Of a stretch of DNA of 64,000 nt, positions 17,630 through 31,649 are shown piece by piece. The first letter of the stretch is position 1. Each line of letters begins with the position of its first letter. The DNA lies in contig OZ037767.1 in the NCBI GenBank assembly GCA_964035545.1, positions 14,245,801-14,309,800 on the forward strand, given 5' to 3'. The stretch is from Bugula neritina. Its lineage: Eukaryota > Animalia > Bryozoa. Position numbers and translations under genes: made by a program. Under the pieces are notes generated by a model. That model worked only from the letters and a program-made list of their open reading frames with translations. It was not told the DNA's origin and did no database searches.

Positions 17630-18900
17630 ACGTGATTGGTAATGGGCGTGTCATCAGTGCAGGTCATGTGACTAGTGACATCATTATATATTATGTGATA
17701 TAGAGATGGTATCATTTGTTTTGAATCTTCACCATTCGTAGCCTAAACAGCTTTTTTGAAAATCTAGAAACAATATTTTTTATCAAAATTACATTTCAGT
17801 TATCCAAAACAAAAAATCCTGGGAGAAAAATATTACACTGGTACAGGTCATGCCAAAGATGGAAATAAAAAAATTATATTTTTTAGCTTAGAATGTTTTA
17901 TAACTTGTCCTAGGCTTGAAACTTTTAGCAAATGACAAAATCAATTTTAGCAATTTTATGACAAAATCAATTTAATAAACTCAACTAATGCATTAAAAGT
18001 AAACACAGCAATTGAACTATAAGATGTCACACAGCATAGACTTGCAGAGTATAACTTTAATCACAAGTATTTGAAAGTTAGATAAAATAAGTGAGCATCG
18101 AGAAGATAATTCCTAGTTGTATAAAATAAACTGTCACACTGAACATAGCTATGAACACAGGAGAGGAATGTGGTACTCACAGACTGAATGTGTGTTATGG
18201 CAGCGTGACAACTACGGCAGCAGATATTAGACAAGTAGGCACACTGACAGTCTACAGGGTACTTGCTAGCCTCAGCTACATCCTCTTCCAGACCCGACTT
18301 CGAGTCTACATTAATATACAACGTAGTTAATGCTAGCTGACAGGAATTTAGGCTACACAGAATCCACATTACTAAACTAACCACGTGACAGCCCTTTTAT
18401 ATCAGAGGTTTTCATAGGAACAGTGGCTATACACTTGCGTAAGTTTTTTATATCAAAATTATAGTATAACAATAAAATATAACATAACAATATAACACAA
18501 TAGTATAATATAATAATAGATTGTAACAAAATATTATAATATGACAGACTCTTTTAGTTGATGATCAAATAAATAACTTACAAATATTAACAAATACTTC
18601 CATCTTGATAGCAAAGGCAGCACATATCTGGCAGTTGTCAGCGTCAAGTTCCCCACAATCACACACCTCGTCAGCAAACACTAGAACATCCTCCTGACTA
18701 GCATCTGCCGGCTGGGCACTTGCTTTGCTATATATCTCTGTGTCGGAGAGGGCCAAACGCTTCCCAAACAATCTACAGCCATTTGAGAGAACTGGTTATA
18801 GGTTAAATATCCACTTCTTTTATACAGTAATAAACAATGATGTATATCACCATTACCTCGAGAATTTACACAGTTATGATGAGAAACACTCATATAATCT
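17630..18900 (-). pseudogene. Unidentified decayed coding-like exons (Cys-rich); paralog at ~46670-47920
   Basis: GC-richer segments bounded by minus-strand donors GTAAGT (~18580), GTGAGT (~18180) and GTAAG (~17630). One reads SKYPVDCQCAYLSNICCRSCH. The frame is ambiguous, and a TAG at 18681 is shared by both copies. Confidence 0.3.
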
Positions 18901-21058
18901 TAGCTCTCTACAGACTGTTTAAAAGTTGTATGCTTAAACATTTTTGCTTTAATTAAATGTTCATTCGATTCTGTGGTATTATAAAATTATTAGTAATTAT
19001 AGCACAGTATTCTTAATTGCTGCAAGACACAGCCTAATCACTGAGCTAATTTGAAAGTTAAAACTTAGAATTTATTTACAGAAATGTTCACAGGTATATG
19101 TATTGCAGCTGCTTATAATTTGATAAGTGGAGAAAATGTGTACAGCACTTTCACCTGTGTATTTTCCTAGCAATCTTTGCACATACATCACAGTTACTTG
19201 GGGAAATCACTGAACATTCACAGATAGATATTTTGTGTTTCTTTCCTAACTTTGTAGAATGTTGACTGCTAATAGATCGTTTCACACCTTTCATTTCAAT
19301 TTCATTTCACTTTACTATCCTGCGTAGGCTAGTGTATACAAGAAACTATGAGGTTTAAATATGAATAAAACAAACAGTTACAAATACAAGCTTATGTTTG
19401 TATAATACTAAAAGCCATGATCATGATGACTAGCTTTCTACATAAAGTTACAAAGAGAATCACTTGTTAAACTATTATTAGTATTACAATATCTAAAACA
19501 AAAGTTGGAATTTTATATATAATTATAACTAGAGGTGAAACAGAACATGGCATAACTATAAGTATTACTGATTCTAAAGCTACATCAACACTATGTCTAG
19601 CTCTAAGTCTAGACTATAGTGAAACTGCATAATAATAAAATTGGAACCATGCAATCGACCAAGGCAGTTATAATAATAATTAATAATTATACACTGTGAG
19701 GCGTAATAATAATGCTAATCATAATGATAAGCAATATCATTACCAATATGAATATGAAATTGAATATCATAACCATTATGGTAATGGTGTTGACGATCGT
19801 AATCACTAATGATCATAATAATGATGAGAATCGATATTGTAATACTGAGTAATAGTAATTGATAATCACAATCTCAATACATCACATGTAATGCTCAATA
19901 AAATAATCAACTACATTTAATGATAATCTGAATTATAATTATCATGAAAAAAATAAATGTAAACAATAAAGTAAAAGTAGAATAAAAACGAAATGAAAAT
20001 CAAAATAGTTTTTACTAAATGAAAAGAGTGAAAGGAAAGTACCGATATTCAACTCTAGTATCTAATTCTAAAAGTAACTTTAACACTAACACTAACAGTA
20101 ACACTAATTCTAACGATAACACTAATACTAGTAATAGTAATACAGTGCTACTAACAGTAACTCTAACTCAGTAACTGTAAGTCAAAGTGTAAGACTAAGA
20201 GCAAGACTCATAAGAGTAAGTCAAAATGTAACCCCGAACTGTAGGACTTAGACTTACTGATGGTGATACTCATACTGATAGTCATAGTGATACTCTTACT
20301 CTTAGATCAATAATAATGATTATGATGTAATTACAGTACAATACAATACTAATTGTGCTTTATAGTAACGTAAGCTAGTTACTAACAAAGATAAACTGAA
20401 AGTACTTGTTATGTTGGTACTCTATCATTATCTATAATTCTGATTTTATCTATGGTTATTCACTATTCAGTATCAGTATGAGCATGAGTATTTCTACGAT
20501 CATCATCAGAGTTGGACGCACGTTATCAATACCTACAAAATCCATAACCATGAAGCTGCTATTTGTCTAAAAAAAACATCGGAGTCCAACTTGATCCGAT
20601 TGGAAATTGAAACGAGTGATTTCAGGAGCTTTTGCTAGGTCAACTGTCAACCGGACGATGGATTTTTGAATGCCAACAGCTCAATTTAATTCTTGGCTGT
20701 TACGTTTCCGCCGCAGTGCTATCAGCTGATAGTGATACAGCTACTCAAAATTACCATTGCCATTGGCATTGGTATTAGTGCATTACATTTGCTGAGTACA
20801 TTTGCCATGAATATTGAGCTTTTGCATCAAACGCAGTCAGTTTATGGTGATACTTTTTATAGTGTTTGATGCAGTTAACTGATTGATATGTGATATGTAT
20901 CACTGTCAGTATGAGTATCACTCTATCACTATCAGTATCAGTAACACGAACAACTTCAACTTGAACTACAACTCAGTCTGACTCTGAGTCTTGCATGTAT
21001 AATAATAATATTAATAATCAAAATGTATTGTTAATTAGTAACAGTAGTGAGTAGACTC

Positions 21059-21455
21059 AGTACTAGTCAGCAGTACTACTATTACTACTACTACTGCTGC
21101 TGCCGCCGCCCCTGCTAGTGCTACTACTAATACTCTAATAGCAGTAGCAGCAGTAGTAGTAGCAGTAGTAGTAGTACTAGTAGCGGTAGCAGTAGTAGTA
21201 GCACTAGCAGTAGTATTAGTACTAGCAGTAGTAATAGTACTACTAGTACTAGTAGTAGTAGTAATAGTACTACTAGTACTAGTAGTAGTACTACTACTAC
21301 TACTAGTACTAGTAGTAGCAGTAGTACTATTAGTACTAGTAGTAGTAGTAGTATTAGTACTACTACTAGTAGTAGTAGTAGTAATAGTACTAGTAGTAAT
21401 AGTAGTACTAGTAGTAGTAATAGTAGTACTAGTAGTAGTACTAGTAGTACTACTA
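21059..21455. repeat. (AGT/ACT)n trinucleotide low-complexity repeat upstream of the TASP1 start
   Basis: Seen directly; paralog at 50110-50460. Confidence 0.9.
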
Positions 21456-21728
21456 ATGGTAATAATGATTATGATAAAATTGATATTATGATTATATGAA
21501 TAATAATTTAAATAATTACAGTGATAGTATTATTATAATATTACTCACAGTAGTATAAATATTTAATTTTATATTAGTTATTAAAAAGTTATACTTACCA
21601 GTTCAGTAATTGATTTATTTTTCAATTAGCGAGTTGATGATTAGATAAGTAACCTCATTGCTTGTTGGATTAATTTTATTTTGTTTGGACTTGTTTTAGG
21701 TCAAAAGTTTATGAAGCTTGGTTGATAT

Positions 21729-24700
21729 ATGGGTTATTTACCTGTGGTATTAATTCATGCAGGTATAACTATACTCACTATAGGTAGCACTATAAAGTTG
21801 CAGTTACTTTGAATTTTAGAATCAATCAATTTTTCTAAATTTTCAGTAGCTGAAAATTATAAATAAATTCTTAGATATTATTAAGTCATTCTTGATGTCA
21901 AAATTTACTAACTTGCAGTGAATCGATTTCGCAGTAGTCACGGCTCAAAATAAATTGGCCATGCATTAATGACCTGCGAACTTTATATAATGTCTTCTTT
22001 ATAAACTGTGTGTATGATTTATACTGTGTTCACAAGTGCGGTCTGCATTGTACAGAAGTTAAGTTTGTTAGAATTTTCATATCCATTAGATGTTTTTAGA
22101 AGTTTGAGGTGCCATTGTCTTGTCACCTATTATTTCTATTAGCGTTTAGGTTTTGATATTACAAAGTTCAATAAACATGCAAAATTAATTGGAGTTTAGC
22201 TTGCAGAGTGTTATGTAGCCTGCTACATCTTTCCACTTTTCACAATATTCACTGGTATCTATAGTGCTATTTGTTATATGCATTATGCTTAGTTAGTATT
22301 TTATGTTTAAACAAACCTTTTTCTGCCAGTTTTTTTAACATTGAAATTATGTATTTAGGTGCAGGATATCATTCATTAGCAAAAGAAAACTCCTACATTC
22401 AATTATGCAATCTTTCATCCAAGACGGTTAGTAATCATCAATAAACTGATAGCTTAATGGTAAATTGTCGTTGTTCAACGATTTTGAAATAATAAATGCT
22501 GAACTCTACTGCAGCTTTTTGCAATTATTTCATTTATTTTCTGTATTATTCTTTTGCGATAAATGTGTTACTTTAAATTCAGAGAGAATGTTGCTGAGCT
22601 TTCTATTGAGATTATTTATATTAAATTTTCTTGGTCATAGGCTATGGAATTGCTGAAAGACGGGTCATCAGCGACAGAAGCTGCAGTTGCAGCCATGAAA
22701 GTTCTAGAAGATTCATCTCTTACTAACGCTGGTTCGTTCGATGTTCAATCTCTTTGTATCTGTGTGCTTTGCTACTAATTAGGTGTGTGCTTATTTTTCC
22801 TTAAATGCATCTTTTATTAACTTTTACCCATAATTCCTATCATCTTTTCAACTTCCTGATTTGAATAATTGTTACTTGGCAGTCTTATGTTGAGAATAAG
22901 AACCATGATAACAATAACTAGCAACAACATTTACACTAATAATAGTCAAGTACTTCATGTTTTCTTTTGATGTGTGAAAGTTTTCTTTCTGAAATTTTTA
23001 TTTCCATAATTTTTTTCCAAGTTTTAAATGTTATAAATCTTGAAACTGCTGATTTCTGGAAGCATCTACCTGCATATTTGGATTTTATAGCTTTTTATAA
23101 ACATGTTATTCTCACACACACACACTGCTACAGACCCGCACACACAATACACTCATGCGCACACACACACACACACGCACAGTACACTTTCACACACACG
23201 CACGCACTTGCGCACACGAAAAACACAGCCGTAACCGCTGTTGTATAATAGTCTACTAGTCAAGCACAGACACTCACACACAGGCACACACACAAATGCC
23301 AACACGAACACACACTGGCGCACACAAATACACATATACTCTTGCAAACACCCTCACGCACCCAACACACGCACACAACACACACAGCCACTGTTGTATA
23401 ATAGTCTACTAGTCAAGCTCATTTGTACCTACTTGGTGTGATTTATGTTCAGGATACGGATCTAGTCTGAGTATAGACGGGGATGTTGAGTGTGATGCCT
23501 CCATGATGACTAGCGACGGATACTTTGCTGCCGTGGCAGCGATGAGATGTGTATACAACCCTATAGTTGTTGTTCACAGGATATTAGATCTGCAACATCA
23601 TCCACCTAAAGATGGAAGAATACCACCCAGGTTGCTACAGTTTTGTTTTACTTGTTTTAATTGGTTGGTCTCGCTCGTAATTTTAACTTATACTAATCGT
23701 GGGATTAATGCAGGTGTATGACAACTCTTACATTCAGTTTTTTAAAACAATAGTACAGGAACTATTATTTGTGACACTAATTACAAAATACATAAATATA
23801 TATAAAATGTAGAAGTGCTCTGTTTTTCTTTCAATTGTTTCATATAGGTCAAATTAGTAACTGTGGAAATGTTTTATGTAAGTCAAAGTAGTAACTGTAT
23901 ACCTCAAGTTGATTGTGCTGCAATCATTAACTCTGATAATAAATTTGTTCATCTTCAATGATGGTTTCTGGGTTGTCTGAACTAAAAGCTCGGAATTCTT
24001 TTCAGCGTAATTATTTAATATAATTCTTCTAGTTTTCAGTTCAGTGAGATTTTAGTCTAAATTTTATCTTTCAATCACAAAATTACAGTTTCCTGGCGGG
24101 AGAAGGCGCCACAAGGTTTGCTGAAGAGCAGGGAATACCTCTGGTTGAGTCTACCACAATGGTGTCAGGTATTCTTTATATGTAACTGTCTCTGTAGGAA
24201 CTATTTATTCTTATCACCTGCTCCCTATGAGTTGTGTTTAAACTGTGTTTCCTAATCTAAATAGCGAAGCCATTTAATTCAATTTAAACAGATCAAACAC
24301 GCAAGTGTTAAGTTCTATGGATTTTTCTCTAAAGCTAGTTTGTAGAATCATTTAGTCTCAATCACCTGCTAGGGGTTGTCACTGTGATGGCTCACTGTTA
24401 GTATGATGTCATGCAACACCTTTATATGTACATGTCAACTCCTTGCTAAAACTCCACTTCATTGGCTAGCTCCGCCTCCTTATCATGCCTTCATACACCC
24501 TACTTATGATTAGATGTGAACATATTGGCTAATTGTACAATAATATCAAAAATTATATTCTATTAGATTAGGATTATGGTATTATTTATTATAATATTAC
24601 ATTAAATTAGTTTATACAAACACCTGTAGAAATCACATCATATCTTTGTAGTTGTAACTTTTCGTATTTAGAAAATGCCACAAAGAATTTCAACAAGTAC

Positions 24701-27396
24701 TCGAGGATAGTTCAGCAAAACAGAGGGACAAAACGCAAGATGGAAGCTGACACATCAGATGTTTCTTCTGTCAAACAGTCTGCTGACAATCAGCTGGTTA
24801 GTTGGTGGATGTTGTATTAAACTGTGGCTTAAACTGACATTTTTAGTTGCGTTTAAATCTCAAACTTATTTCTGACAGTAAATTTTTGATAGAAGTATGT
24901 TTGAACTAAACTTCAGAGACTAAAACTTCTTTTATTGAAATAGCAATTGGCAAAGTCTACTACTAGCAACTACTAAATAGCAATTGGTAACTACTAACTA
25001 GCAATTGGCAACTACTAATTAGCAACTGGCAAGTAGCAACTGAATCTAACTATTTTATTATACTTCCTACTAACAGCAACTTGTGTAGTCATTGTCATGT
25101 GAACTCCATCATTATTCTTTCACTGAGTAACACCTTTTATTGATCTCTCAGTTCTTCTGCTGTATTTTCAAATTCTAGACTGAATATTACAGGAAGAGAG
25201 CTCAGTTATGGACACTGTTGGTATCATCTGTATGGACAGAGAGGGAAACTTAGCCTGTGCTCAGTCCAGTGGAGGAATAGCTTTAAAACATAGTGGGAGG
25301 GTGGGCCAAGTAAGGTCTCGACTTTTCTATTACAGTTATATCTAGAGATATTTATGGTTCTTTAGGCTTTATGTTTCAAATCTTGGTAAATTAAACAATA
25401 TTTATTTTGTGTGTTTTGTCACTTTTACAATGAGAAATGTCTTCAGACTATTGTGTTGAATAATTGTTTTGATATTTTTCTGTTGTAATCTCTCAAATTC
25501 ATACCATCTCCTGTTCTCTAAACTATAAACTATTTTGGGATGCAGCAGCTTGCTTTATAAATTTGTCTAGTTGAAGTCGTCTTCTCCAACACTCTATACC
25601 ACTGCGTATCACTTTATACCACTCTAAATCACTATGTACTACTCTGTACTACTCTATATCACTGTGTACTACTCTATACCACTGTTTAGTACTCTATATT
25701 ATTCTACTTCTATCTAATCCAAAAAGTGCTGCCTTACCTCTACCTAAGAACTTTTCTACTCTGTATTCTTATAACTTGTAGGCAGCACTAGTTGGCTCTG
25801 GTTGCTGGGTGGAAAAGAATATCGCCGTGGCAACAACAGGTGAGCTTCCTGTGTGTCATAATATCAGTAGCAGGTGAGAGTGGACAGTGTCACAGCCTTG
25901 TTGTCATGTACAGAATATCACATGTGTATTGGTTTGTGAGACTTTGTAGCTTCTAGATAGTGTGTGATACTATCAATACATTGGTTATCATAACTAACTG
26001 AAATCTAATAACTATTATCTTGAGAACATTACAGTTAAATATAAGCCCTACCCCAGGAAGGTCACATCTAGATATAAGCACTGCTAGAGATATGCAGTGT
26101 TGTGATTACCCAGTAGCCCTGTGGTATAATTGGTTAGTGCTGGTAAGCCAGAGGTCTGTGGTTCGAGCCCCAGTATAGGCAATTATTTTACAGGATAGTT
26201 ACACTGTTACATATAAGCACCCTTGCCAACATGACTGGAGATCATTTTAAATCAGGAAGTTTCGAGAGACTTTTTTAACTTTGTAGTGAAAAAAATTTAA
26301 TGGGCAGTTTTCAATGGTAATAATTCTGTATTACGTATTCACAGTTTCCCTCCCAAATATTCAGCTTATTACTTTTTGTTGTAAAGTTGTCTAAAGTTTA
26401 GATTCTCTACCAGGTTGTGGTGAGCAGTTGATGAGAACTCTGCTGGCCAAGACTGTCTCTGATGACTTGCAGGCAGCGTCTGGCAGCTGCCAACCTGTAG
26501 ACGTGTTCAACCAGACAATGAAGTCTTCTTTCATTGGTTAGTGTGGCACTATTTGATTGGTTGATGCAGTAAGTTTTCAGTGTCACATCATTTGCCTGGC
26601 TAATAAAGTAAGTTTTTAGTGTTATGTGAGCTGATTGGCTGATGCAGTAAGTTTACAAAGTGTCATGCTATTTCATTGGCTGATAAAAAAAGTTTTAGAG
26701 TGTCGCACTATTTGATTGGTTGATGCAGTAGCTCCAGTTTTTCTCAACGCAGAACTATAAATTAGTCAAAACATTCTTGTTATGTTTATAGAGTAGCGAT
26801 TTTTTACAATGAGTTGATTTGTTGATCAATTATTTGATTTATTTATTGATAAATTGATTGATAAATAATTTCATTTTTAGCAATGCTAGAACTTTCTCAG
26901 CGATTTGTTATATGGGTCTTTAGAGTGAAGTTATAAAACACAAATATACTTTATACTGATTTACTATTAGTTGTGTGTAGTTTGGTATAATATTTTCACT
27001 GTTAATCTTCCTTTAGACAACCCTGTTCTGGTAAAAGATAAAGTGAAACTTGCTGGTGCTATTGTATTGTATGTGAATCCTGAATCTTCATCAGGTTTGT
27101 TACATACAATAATATCATATAATACTAGTATGCAGTGTAACATCATATAAGTTTATTGCAAATAGTGTTCTGTATTTCTGTTTAAAACTGTAAGTATAAC
27201 TTTTATTAGAAACTGGTTGTATTTTCTAGTTGAGTTAATGTGGAGCCATACTACTAAGAGTATGTGTGTGTCATATATGACAGCTGAGTGTGCCCACCCA
27301 CAGAGTTTAGTCACTAGACTGGCACCTGGCAAAGTGTCACAGGTGCCCTTCACCAGTGGTATCGGATTATGTTCTAATACACAAGCACCTGCTTAG
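21729..27396 (+). CDS. TASP1: Taspase1 copy B, complete (372 aa); exons 21729-21762, 22359-22426, 22641-22731, 23453-23630, 24089-24168, 24672-24796, 25193-25309, 25782-25839, 26414-26536, 27017-27094, 27230-27396
   Basis: Starts [17 protein letters not shown]. Exon lengths sum to 1119 nt in frame. D/T cleavage site and SSGG...GRVGQ are intact. Confidence 0.94.
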
Positions 27397-28274
27397 ATGA
27401 GTCGTCACATTATCAACAGTTCTTGTATAGTTGTCACTTTTGAATGTTGACATGTGATAGCCTTTGGGAGTTATTGTCTCTCCAAACAATTTTCTTATAC
27501 ATTTTGTAGAAAATTGTGTATATTAATGTTGTAATTATTGTTAATATGCTGCGAAAAATTGGTTAGAAATTTAAAACGCGAGTTTACTTTGTAAATAATT
27601 ATTTTAGTGTCAGATTGTTTGTACATGTGTTCAGTTATTTGAATACAGAAGTACATAGTTTAGCTCTAATGAATACTATCAAAGTATGAGATCATCTATA
27701 AAAATCATGACACAACTTCATTTCTCTTTATTTTATTGTATCTGCATTATATAAAGACTTGCATGTAACTGTATCTAGTTTCATTTTACAGTTTTGCAAC
27801 AATATAATATAAAGTGCTACCATGTGTTGATAAGTTACAGATAAATGCTTATTCAAACACACATATTACAATAAATTACAATTCTACCATTTGACCTTCA
27901 CCTTGTCATAGTGTATCAGAAGCTTAGAAATTGAAGGTGCACACAACACAAATTTGCAATAAAATTTAAGCTAGCAGTTATCAGAAATAATTTTTATATT
28001 ATCTAATGATTTAGTCGCAAATGCAATAGCTGATCATACTTGAAAATAAAAAAAATGATTTCAATACAAAAAATATATAACAGTGGTTTAAAAAATGGTA
28101 AATTCGTAGAAGGTTATAAAATAGTACACAAAACTATTGATGTTAAACTCAATTTGGAGTTGTTCTAGATTAACTCAGATTATTTTCAGCTTTTGCCTTG
28201 ACTCTTGATCTCTTTCTGTAATAGCCTGTGCTCTCAGTCATCTAGCAGTTTGAAACTCTAGCGCTTTACAAGGT

Positions 28275-31010
28275 TTATGTAGTCGTTCTTTCTAAGCGCT
28301 TTTGCAGGGCAGACGTCATCAAATCTAATATTTTTTTATTTTCATCGCTAAGTGGGGGGACTATAAAAATCAACTTATAGTTTTTTCTTTTTGCAAACTT
28401 CTTTAGCTTCTCAGTAGAACTGTTTTCATGGGTAAGATACACATCCAACTGTACTGGTTCTCCTGTTTCATTTCCTCCCTGATTTTCAAACGCCGTCATA
28501 AATTTCTGCTCTACATCTGACTCTATATCACTTGTGAACAACTCATCTTGACTCTCGTTATCGTGGTGGTGTACAAATAAATATGTTCGAGCTGACTTAA
28601 ACCTGGTATCTGTAAAGACTTTCCTTGCAATCTCTGCAAGAAGTATCAATAGTAATTTGTAAAACAAAATTATAAATATACCATTTATTATGCTCAGCTT
28701 AAAAGATTTGAGATTAGTTGCTTCAATAGTTGCATTGAAGAATATTGTTGTGTATCTATGCTTCACTTGCAATCACTGGGTCTATTTATGCAAAGCTACT
28801 TCACCAGATTTATAATTATTAGGAGTTTATTCAATGTAATTTAGACACAAATAAAATGTACAACTAATATAAAAAATTACATAATAGAGAGATACAGTAC
28901 ACAAGACTTTACATTAGCATTATCGAGTCCTATCTGCCGGCTAGTCAATTAGACAAGCTTCCACTACAAGTATGCAGCTCCGCCTTCTACTAATTACTAT
29001 TAATCCCCCATTGGCTATTAAGGTGGCGCCATCGCACTAAGAGAATTGCATGATGCAAAATGCATCATGTCTTGAGTCATGTGTAAGGAGTTATCCTTTC
29101 GACATATCAATCTAAAAATCCCTACAATATTTTTATGTAGTCGTACTCACCATACTGTAGTTTTATCAGCTTTTTTTCAGTTTCCTCATCTCTCTTTTTC
29201 ATATCTGGTGTGTGCTCCCAGTTTTCTTCCAGAGTAACATCCAAGTACCTTGCAAGGTCTTTGTAGTCCTTCTCTGTGAATGCCTTCACAGAGCATTGTG
29301 AAAATGCCATCAAATCATATGATTTTCTTTCATCTTTATCGGGAAGTGTGGCGACTTTAATATGCAAGTTAGAGTTTTCTTCATTTGCAAAAGTTTTCAG
29401 ATCCTTTATTCCATGGGTAAGATACACATCTAAATTCACTAATTCATTTTCATCCTTTTTATAACTTGAGGCAAAGTTCTTCTCTGCAGAAAACACCCGA
29501 TAACTTTGAAACACCTCATTTTTCCTATTAACCCGGTTATGTACAAATAAATATGTTTGAGCAAATCGAGTTTTGGTGTCTGTAAAAACTTTCCAAACAC
29601 CCTCTACAAAAAATATCAAGAGTAATTTGTAAAGCAACATTATGAATATAGAATTTACTATGCCAGGTTAGCAAATTTGAGATTAGTTGCTTTAATATTT
29701 GCATTGAATAGTATTTGTATAGTCATACTCACGATATTGTACCTTTTTCAGCTTCTGTTTCGTTCCCTCGTCTCTCTTTTTCATATCTGATGTGTGCTTC
29801 CACTCTTCATCCAACTCAACATTCAAGTACTCTGCAAGGTCTCTGTAGTCCTTCTCTGTAAATGCCTCCACCGAGCAGTATAAAGATGCCATTAATTGCT
29901 GTAATTGTTCTTCATTTGGGTGGTTAAGCCCAACTGCTTTAATATCTAATTGAAAGTTGAAGTCTTCTGCAAAGGTTCTCAGCTGCCTAGCACAATTCAT
30001 TCTTTGAGCATCACATGGGGCAAAGGTAAGATACATGTCTAAACCTATACACGAGGATCTTGTTTGATATTTTTCCTGGTTTTTAAGAACTTCCATTAAG
30101 TTCTGTTCTGCAGTTAAAACCCCATTTTCAAAGATCATATTTTGGTTCTTCTCACCGGATTGGTGTACAACTAAAAATGTCTGAGGTGACTGAATGCTGG
30201 TGTCTGTAAAGGCATTCCAAACTCGTTCTGTAGGAAACAACAATGCAAGATAAAATAAAGAGTATAATATATACTATGGCAGGTAAACACACTTGAGATT
30301 ATTCACTTTAGTATCCACACTGAAAAATATTTGTATGTAGTCATACTCACCATTCTGTATTTTTCTCAGCTTGCCCCGTGTCTCATGATCTCTATCTATC
30401 ATATCTGGTGTCCGATCCCAGCCTCTTGGCAGTGGAAACCTCAAGTACTTTGCCAGGTCTATGTAGTCCTTTTTCCTGAAAGCTTTTACAGTGCAGTGTG
30501 GAGATGCCATCAATTTTCCTAATTCTTTTTTATTTTTCCAGTAAGGTCCAGCTGCTTTAATATTCAACTCGAAGTTATTATTTTCTGCAAATTCCCTTAG
30601 TTTTGTAGCACAATCTTTTCCTTTTTGTCCCCCAGTACCACATGGCGCAAAGGTAATATACATGTCCAGCTTTACCCGCTCACCTTCTGCTACATATCCT
30701 TTCTCCAAGAACTTTTCCTCTGCATGTACCCCATCAAAACTTTGAAACAACCTATTTTCATTCTTGCCATCAGGGTGGTGTACAAGTAAGTATGTTGTAT
30801 TTGTCTTATATGGTCCACTGTTGACGTTTTCATAGACAAACCAAACACTATCTATTGGAAATATTTAGAATATAATTTAAAGTGAACCTATTAATATGAC
30901 AGATCAAGAAATTTAAGTTAGTTTAATATCTGCATTAAATATTATGTTATGTAGCTATACTCACTAAATTCTTTTTGAGTCCACCAATCGTTTAGATCAA
31001 TTTCCGTCAT
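28275..31010 (-). CDS. Four-domain AID/APOBEC-like deaminase, copy B (617 aa if fully spliced); exons 31010-30965, 30851-30351, 30227-29733, 29603-29151, 28633-28275
   Basis: D1 HAEE...TFAPCGTGGQKGKDC (intact); D2 TAEQ...PCDAQRMNC (His lost); D3 SAEK...THGIKD; D4 DVEQ...THENSS with a frameshifted tail. All donors are GTGAGT. Exon lengths 46+501+495+453+359=1854 nt. Confidence 0.83.
28746..29126 (-). mobile_element. Solo-LTR-like insertion in intron 4 of deaminase B
   Basis: TG...CA ends; ATAT TSD (28742-28745 and 29127-29130); minus-strand AATAAA near 28828. Removing it restores the pattern of the paralogous introns. Confidence 0.65.
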
Positions 31011-31649
31011 ATTCTTATAATCTGTTGAAGTTTGTTACAACCAACTATTCTTGTGTCAAGTTATTATCTGACACAACATATTTATACATATTTGGTTGGT
31101 TAGAATCACTTGTCATGTTTTTCAGGTTTCTTAACCAATCAGCTTATTTATGAAGGTTTACAGCCATTGTAATGATATTATTCACTATTGGTTAAGTAAA
31201 TTAAAACTATTATAAGTTAATAAGGTATAGGATAATTGTTATAATCCTAATATTTATCTTGTGAAATTGTCTGTGTACTCTCATCTGATTGGTCACATTG
31301 TTGAGTGTATATAGCCTGAGTGCCTCAACTTTACTGAATGACAATTGATAGAGTACAAGGCAAACTATATGAGTCATGCCTACCTAAAAACTTAGTATAT
31401 TTTACACATTTTTTCTATTATCTCATATACAATACATAATCAACTACAGTATAATGCAATCATATATGCAACCACATATTCCATTATATTTCATTTATCA
31501 ATATAATCTGTATTATACATTAAACCTGAGAATAGTCAGCATTTTACACATATTACATGCAGTAACACTTGTATAATATACTTATAGGTATAGTGGTAGG
31601 AATATATTAAAGCAAGTTATAAGTCCATGAAATATTTCATAACCTAAAC

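Noticed and set aside
30720-30750. Possible Taspase1 cleavage site QSFD/GVHAE in deaminase B D1
   Set aside because: It does not fit Q-[FILV]-D/G-x-D-D (Gln is at P4, no acidic P3'/P4'), is absent from A and C, and no such site occurs in the inter-domain linkers.
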